A stretch of DNA of 13,700 nt. Origin: Azolla caroliniana (lineage: Eukaryota > Plantae > Polypodiophyta). Location: positions 1 through 13,700 of the forward strand of contig JBHGNT010000934.1 of NCBI GenBank assembly GCA_043228905.1, in the 5' to 3' direction. The notes beneath the pieces were generated by a model, which was given only the letters and a program-made list of their open reading frames with translations, was not told the DNA's origin and did no database searches. Positions within the stretch are counted from its first letter, which is position 1. The number at the start of each line of letters is the position of its first letter. Shown here one piece after another: positions 9,094-13,700 of this stretch. Both the position numbers and the translations under genes were made by a program.

Positions 9094-9880
9094 ACCCCAC
9101 AGTTCCACTCCATAGAGCTAAAATTGAACTACCACGACGTTTAATAACATCAATCTCACTTCTCGTCAACAAAGATCACTTTGGTTGCATTGATTTTCAA
9201 ACATATAATAATTATTCCAACCTACAAGAATATGATATTTGAAGCTTTACACCAAATTGTATTGATTCTCCCTTATTTGTAAAAGTGAGACAATGTCTTG
9301 GTTGTATTGCTTTTATTAGAATTATATTTGTTTTGTTTACATTAACAATTGACCTGTTGATTTGATAGAACATTTCCACTATATCAACAAAGAATTCCCT
9401 ATAATCTACGTTATATGACAATAACACAACATCATCGACATATAGGAGTGTAAAAATAAGCTCTTTCATGAGTTTTGGGCAATCTAACCCATCTTCTTTT
9501 GCAACTTGTTTATTATTTCTTCTAGTTTATCAATGCATAGACCATAGAGTGTAGGAGACACTGGACACCCTTGCTTGACCCCTATATTTCTCAAGAAGTA
9601 CTTAGAGAAACCACTATCCATATTGAATTGGCACCTAATTTGCTCATACAATCATGTTGCATCTCCTCTATACTAGTGACATTCCAATCTCTATCATACT
9701 TTTCCAAAGCCCACTCCTTGGATACAATGTCAAAGGCTTTCGTGAAGCTCACAAAACAACAATACAATGTTTTCCCTTGAAGTTAAAATTCACCCATAAT
9801 TACTCGTAGTGTAACCAAATGATTGATAGTGAAATGTTTTGGTCTAAAGCATCCTCGATTAAGTGCTCGTTTGTCTAAAT
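9094..9880 (-). mobile_element. degenerate non-LTR retrotransposon (RTE-like) reverse transcriptase fragment
   Basis: Minus-strand motifs in order: FRPKHFTINHLVTLR, LYCCFVSFTKAFDIV, IGVKQGCPVSPTLYGLCIDKLE, LLYVDDVVL, VNVNKT, SFKY, LYGVELWG, with stops and frameshifts. The clade call is inferred from the LYGxExW motif. Confidence 0.88.
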
Positions 9881-9991
9881 TTTATGATATCGGCAATAGC
9901 CCTCAATATTAGGTGGCTCTTGGGTTCATGTTACTCAATTTCAACAACAAAAAAATGTTTATATGGTAAGTTATGTAACTTAAATCTCGAG

Positions 9992-11172
9992 TTTTTTTTT
10001 TTTTTCAAAAAAAACTACTTCCATTAGTTAAGGTAATGTACATAGGATAATATACAACTCATATCTTACAAGCCACATTGCATGACAAAAGAAAACAATA
10101 TGTGTAGAGGAAACAACAAAAACAACTCCAAAACACCACATCATTCGATGAGCATAGCATTACCCGAATGCATACTCTCCATGTGAGCCTCATACAAATC
10201 GAATTCAACATAGACATCCTCCACTCACTTCTCATGGCATCACCCATCTAGATGTTAGGTACACTCAAAGGGAACAACCACCGTGGTGGTTGATAATTCC
10301 ACTTCGCTTTACCATCCACCATCTGCAACATCAACGAACCGCTCCATTTCAGAAGGAACCGAGCTCTAGCTTCTTCACTTGCGTCTGAGGGCCCTTGAAG
10401 ACTTTCAAACTCTTCTCGTAACGTAGAAATAAGATTAAACTAGATCATCATTAAATTCTCAGCCGGTGGGGTTCGCTTACCTGTGAAAGTCTCATTGCAC
10501 CAAGATACCCACACTTGCCAAACCGTAAGGCCAACCACTAATAACCATATGTCCACGTAGCGTTCTTGCAAGAAGAATGAACTTCCTTGTGTTGGTTGTA
10601 TAGTTCCTTGCATCACCTTTAAAGAAGGACTATTTCCATTCCACCCTTGAAACCACGAAGTCGATTTAGTGGCCAACCAAGTGACTGATGCGCTCAATAC
10701 ATGAACCTCAACGCTAAACTGAGCCAAGATTCTTAAGCTCCTCAGCCAAATTTTTTGGGCTCGTGGGCAGCACCACAAACAATGTGTGATGTCCTCCAAG
10801 CTCGCACTGCAGGCCTTGCAACTACGCATGCCATCTCTATTACCAAGCCACTCTCCTGTTGGAATAGCCCGATGGGTGATTAACTAGAAAAACACTTTGA
10901 CCTACTTGGGAAGGGATGAGTTCCATATCTTGCTCCTAGTTCTATCCACGAAGACTGAATCGACAACTACATGGGCCCACTTGTTGGCACACTTCTCACG
11001 ATACCAACATAACTTTCTCCCCAAGCGCGTCGAATATTCGAAGAAACCTAATGATTTATCTTGTTCTCCCTTACACGTATATTCAGCGGGATCCCATTCT
11101 AAGCACTCGAGAGGCTTGCCTTCAACCACGTACAAGATCTAGTCCTCCTCAACCTCTTCGACTGGTGGATTC
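9992..11172 (-). mobile_element. 3' end of L1-type LINE (ORF2 zf-RVT-like C-terminus, 3' UTR, poly(A)), interrupted by the right copia
   Basis: One minus frame with scattered TAG stops: KIWNSSLPK*VKVFF*LITHRAIPTGEWL...CKAC...EDITHCLWCCPRAQKIW...WQVW...WNYQPPRWLFP, ending at the stop 10248-10250. T14 on + at 9992-10005 is the poly(A). The frame runs up to the LTR edge at 11172. Confidence 0.9.
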
Positions 11173-11547
11173 TGTAAAGAATCAAGAGATGGATTTTGTG
11201 CAACGGAATAGATATGAACTCTATGTGTGTATGAGAGAGAGAGAGTGAGTGAGACACAGAGAATACCCAAGGTAAAGTATATTAACAAAGGAGAAAGACT
11301 CAACATCATACAAGGTGGGAGGAGGGTGCTTTATATAGTCACCCTCTCTCTTCATTAACTACAAGACTCATGGAACATGGGGAATGTGAAAGCTCATAAG
11401 TTATGTGTCATAGAATATGATTCTATGACTCATACTAAATGCTAGAATACAAAGAGGTGACATAATGGTGACTCTTGACCGTTTGAGTGTCTATTCACTC
11501 TCAAGGTGAGTTCACACACTAGACCAAGTTGAGCATGATTCTCAACA
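11173..11547 (-). repeat. 3' LTR of right copia (~375 bp)
   Basis: Minus strand TGTTGAG...CTTTACA with TATATAAA at 11337-11330. LINE coding sequence resumes immediately beyond 11173; predicted TSD GATTC (11168-11172 on +). Confidence 0.85.
11330..11337 (-). promoter_or_regulatory. LTR TATA box
   Basis: TATATAAA on the minus strand, about 210 nt into the LTR. Confidence 0.6.
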
Positions 11548-11558
11548 CGCCCCCTCAA
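11548..11558 (-). other. polypurine tract of right copia
   Basis: TTGAGGGGGCG abutting TGTTGAG. Confidence 0.88.
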
Positions 11559-11586
11559 GCTCAAGTCAGGTCGGTTTCAGACGGTA

Positions 11587-11789
11587 TCCGAAATCCGCTT
11601 CGACTCGCGTTCCGAAGTCCGCCTCGACTCACATTTATGCGGAGTTGCGGAATACGTGCTCCAGCTTGCGTTGTGCGTAGTTGCGAAGTCTGTGCTTCGG
11701 CTTGAATCTTTCTTCACGGCTTTGCACGGTAGATCGGCTCTTCGCGGCTTCGTTGCGCAGTTGTAGAATCCACGCGTTATTGCGTAGTG
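11587..11789. repeat. short degenerate direct repeats in the pol-PPT spacer
   Basis: TCCGAARTCCGCYTCGACTC at 11587 and 11611 (18/20 identical); TGCGNAGTTG... at 11638, 11674 and 11754, with a partial copy at 11781. Confidence 0.75.
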
Positions 11790-13700
11790 TCTTCAGTACT
11801 CCCCCTCAAGCTTGGCAGGTCAGGGATCGTCAATCCGAGATCGGTCATGAATTGTCATAGCTTGTCGGTTCCTAAGGCTTTAGTGAAGATCTCGGTTGTT
11901 TGAAGAGTTGTGCTAATGTGTTGTAGGTCAACATCGCCAGCTAGAACGCGCTCTCGGATGAAGTGATAGTGCACTTCGATGTGCTTTGTCCGTGCGTGGA
12001 ACACTGGGTTCCGAGCCAGATAGATATTGCTCATGTTGTCGCAGTAAAGGGAAGTCGGATCCTTGATGGGTACGCCCAGATCCTTGCGTATCCTTTTGAG
12101 CCATATGGCTTCACATGCGGCCACTACCGCGCTCCTGTATTCCGCCTCTGTGCTCGAAAGAGCGACGGTGAGTTGCTTTTTACTGCTCCAGGATATTGCT
12201 CCGCTACTGAGGGAAAAAACAAATCCGGAGGTTGATCTTCTATCAGCTTTGTAGCCGGCCGAATCGGCGTCTGTGTACCCCTCGAGTCGTATTGGCATCG
12301 CGGTCTTGTAGAGGATGCCGCAATCCATCGTGCCGCTCACCTATCATAGAACTCGCTTAGCGCAATCCAAGTGAGTATAACGCAATGTTTGCATGAATTG
12401 ACTAAGGAGACCGACCGGATAACTGAGATTGGGTCGAGTGATCGTGAGGTAGATGAGACTCCCGATGAGTTGTCGATACTGAGTCGGTTCACACGCTTTG
12501 GTGCCGGAGTTCACATCTAGTTTGAGATTGCGATCGAGCGGGGTTGCCACGGATTTGCACTCAGCCATACCGAACTTGTATAACAAGTTGAGGATGTAGT
12601 GCCGTTGAGAGATCATGATTCCGGCCGGAGTCCGAAGTACCTCGATCCCGAGGAAGTAGTGGAGCTCCTTCATGTCCGTCATCTCGAACTTGTTGGAAAG
12701 GAGGGATTTGACTTTATTGATTTCGGCGAGATGCTCACCTCCAATGACTAGGTCATCCACATATAAGATGATGATGATTGGACTTGCGGAATCGCTTCGT
12801 ATGTAGAGGGAGTTGTCCGATTTTGACATACGGAAGCCGATTTGATGAAGATATTGCGTTATCTTCGAATGCCAAGCACACGGTGCTTGTTTAAGGCCGT
12901 AGAGTGGCTTCTTGAGTCGGCATACAGCTTTCGGATGGGTGCTCGAGTTGAAGCTGGGTGGTTGTATCATGTACACCTCTTCTAATTCGCCTTGTAGAAA
13001 GGCATTCTTGACGTTCATTTGATGGAGGTGCCACCCTTTCGCCGCGGCAAGCGCAATTATGGTCCGTACCGTCATCATCTTTGCCACCGGGGCAAAGGTC
13101 TCCTCGTAGTCAACTCCGTGTGTTTGGGCGTAGCCTTTCGCTACGATTCGTGCTTTGTAGCGGTTGACGGAACCGTTGGCGTTGTACTTCACTTTGTAAA
13201 TCCATCTGCATCCGATTGCCTTTTTGTGTGGTGAGGGGGGAATGAGATCCCATGTCTCGTTTTTGCGTAGTGCCTGCATCTCCTCGTTCATGGCTTCGAT
13301 CCATCGCGGATCCTTGGCTGCTTCGGAAAATGTTTTCGGCTCATGTACTGTCGCCACCTTCATCATAAAGGCATAGTGATATGCCATGTAGTCATTGTAG
13401 CCGAATCGGCTGACCAGATTCCTTTCACAGGTGGAGCGACGAAGCTTTTCATTTGCAGAGATGAGGGCTTTCTTAGCTCCGATTGGTACATCGAAGCCGC
13501 CGAACTCACTGTCGAGTGAATGAGTCGACTCATCGTCGTTGAAGCGATCGTCTTCGTATTCCGTCATTTTCGTCTTGCCTTTGTCCATCTTCGGGCTAGG
13601 CCGTGATGTGCTTTGATCACTCAAAGACTCTTGTGGTCCGCTCAGTCGGGTTGTGATCGGACTTTCTTCGAACATGCACGTAAGGCGATCTTCATCCTCT
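11777..13700 (-). pseudogene. pol: copia pol (integrase C-terminal tail, RT, RNase H), disrupted by point mutations
   Basis: Single frame: RWIYKVK, IVAKGYAQ, QMNVKNAFL (conserved Asp replaced by Asn), LYGLKQAP, LYVDD, YTDAD, SSTEAEY, TKHIEVHYHFIRE, ...LPSLRGSTEDTTQ*. Premature stops at 12341-12346 (TGA TAG in place of R-Y) and 11855-11857. Confidence 0.95.
11799..11809 (-). other. internal (upstream) copy of the polypurine tract
   Basis: TTGAGGGGGAG on the minus strand, encoding L-R-G-S at the end of RNase H. Confidence 0.7.

Larger units (their letters stand above)
7673..9175. repeat. two-copy ~290-bp tandem duplication, first copy split by a solo LTR
   Basis: 7673-7780 aligns to ~8886-8994, and 8701-8885 aligns to 8991-9175, at roughly 85% identity by eye. 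Confidence 0.9.
11173..13700 (-). mobile_element. Ty1/copia LTR retrotransposon, 3' half, degenerate (second family)
   Basis: Integrase tail, RT, RNase H, PPT and LTR on the minus strand. The protein is homologous to the left element but the LTR body is unrelated. Confidence 0.96.

Noticed and set aside
7673-9175. Retrozyme/hammerhead or TRIM interpretation of the ~290-bp direct repeats
   Set aside because: No CTGANGA...GAAA core, PBS/PPT or TG..CA ends were found by eye for the unit.
8709-9242. Two paralogous-looking small + strand ORFs (NPLVxDIxxEIE...)
   Set aside because: The similarity comes from the tandem duplication; the recognisable coding signal is LINE RT on the opposite strand.
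9967-9982. Palindrome TAAGTTA-TG-TAACTTA next to the LINE poly(A)
   Set aside because: Short and AT-rich; expected by chance.
11587-11789. CRISPR-like repeat/spacer appearance
   Set aside because: The repeats are short, degenerate and irregularly spaced, lie inside a retrotransposon, and no cas genes are present in this eukaryotic context.

Overview
Eukaryotic (land-plant-type) repeat-rich DNA with no host gene, RNA gene or prokaryotic feature; it is a stack of retroelements. Two related but distinct Ty1/copia LTR retrotransposons enter from either end and converge: + strand 1-3509 (integrase, RT, RNase H, PPT, 3' LTR) and - strand 11173-13700 (integrase tail, RT, RNase H, PPT, 3' LTR). Both pol genes are disabled. 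Between them lie an AT-rich stretch with a possible old LTR, two 3' remnants of L1-type LINEs (6662-7425 +; 9992-11172 - with poly(A), interrupted by the right copia), and an RTE-like LINE RT fragment (9094-9880 -). The end of that fragment is part of a ~290-bp tandem duplication, one copy of which carries a 920-bp solo LTR with a 4-bp TSD. Most notable: (i) both copia elements carry two copies of the PPT bracketing an extra 3' region, which in the left element reads as a ~190-codon extension of Pol; (ii) a conserved hairpin opens both copia LTRs; (iii) the two LINEs share a C-terminal WNYQPPRWLFP peptide and a TAACTAATGG 3'-end motif. All alignments were done by eye, and whether these features are undescribed cannot be established without database searches.
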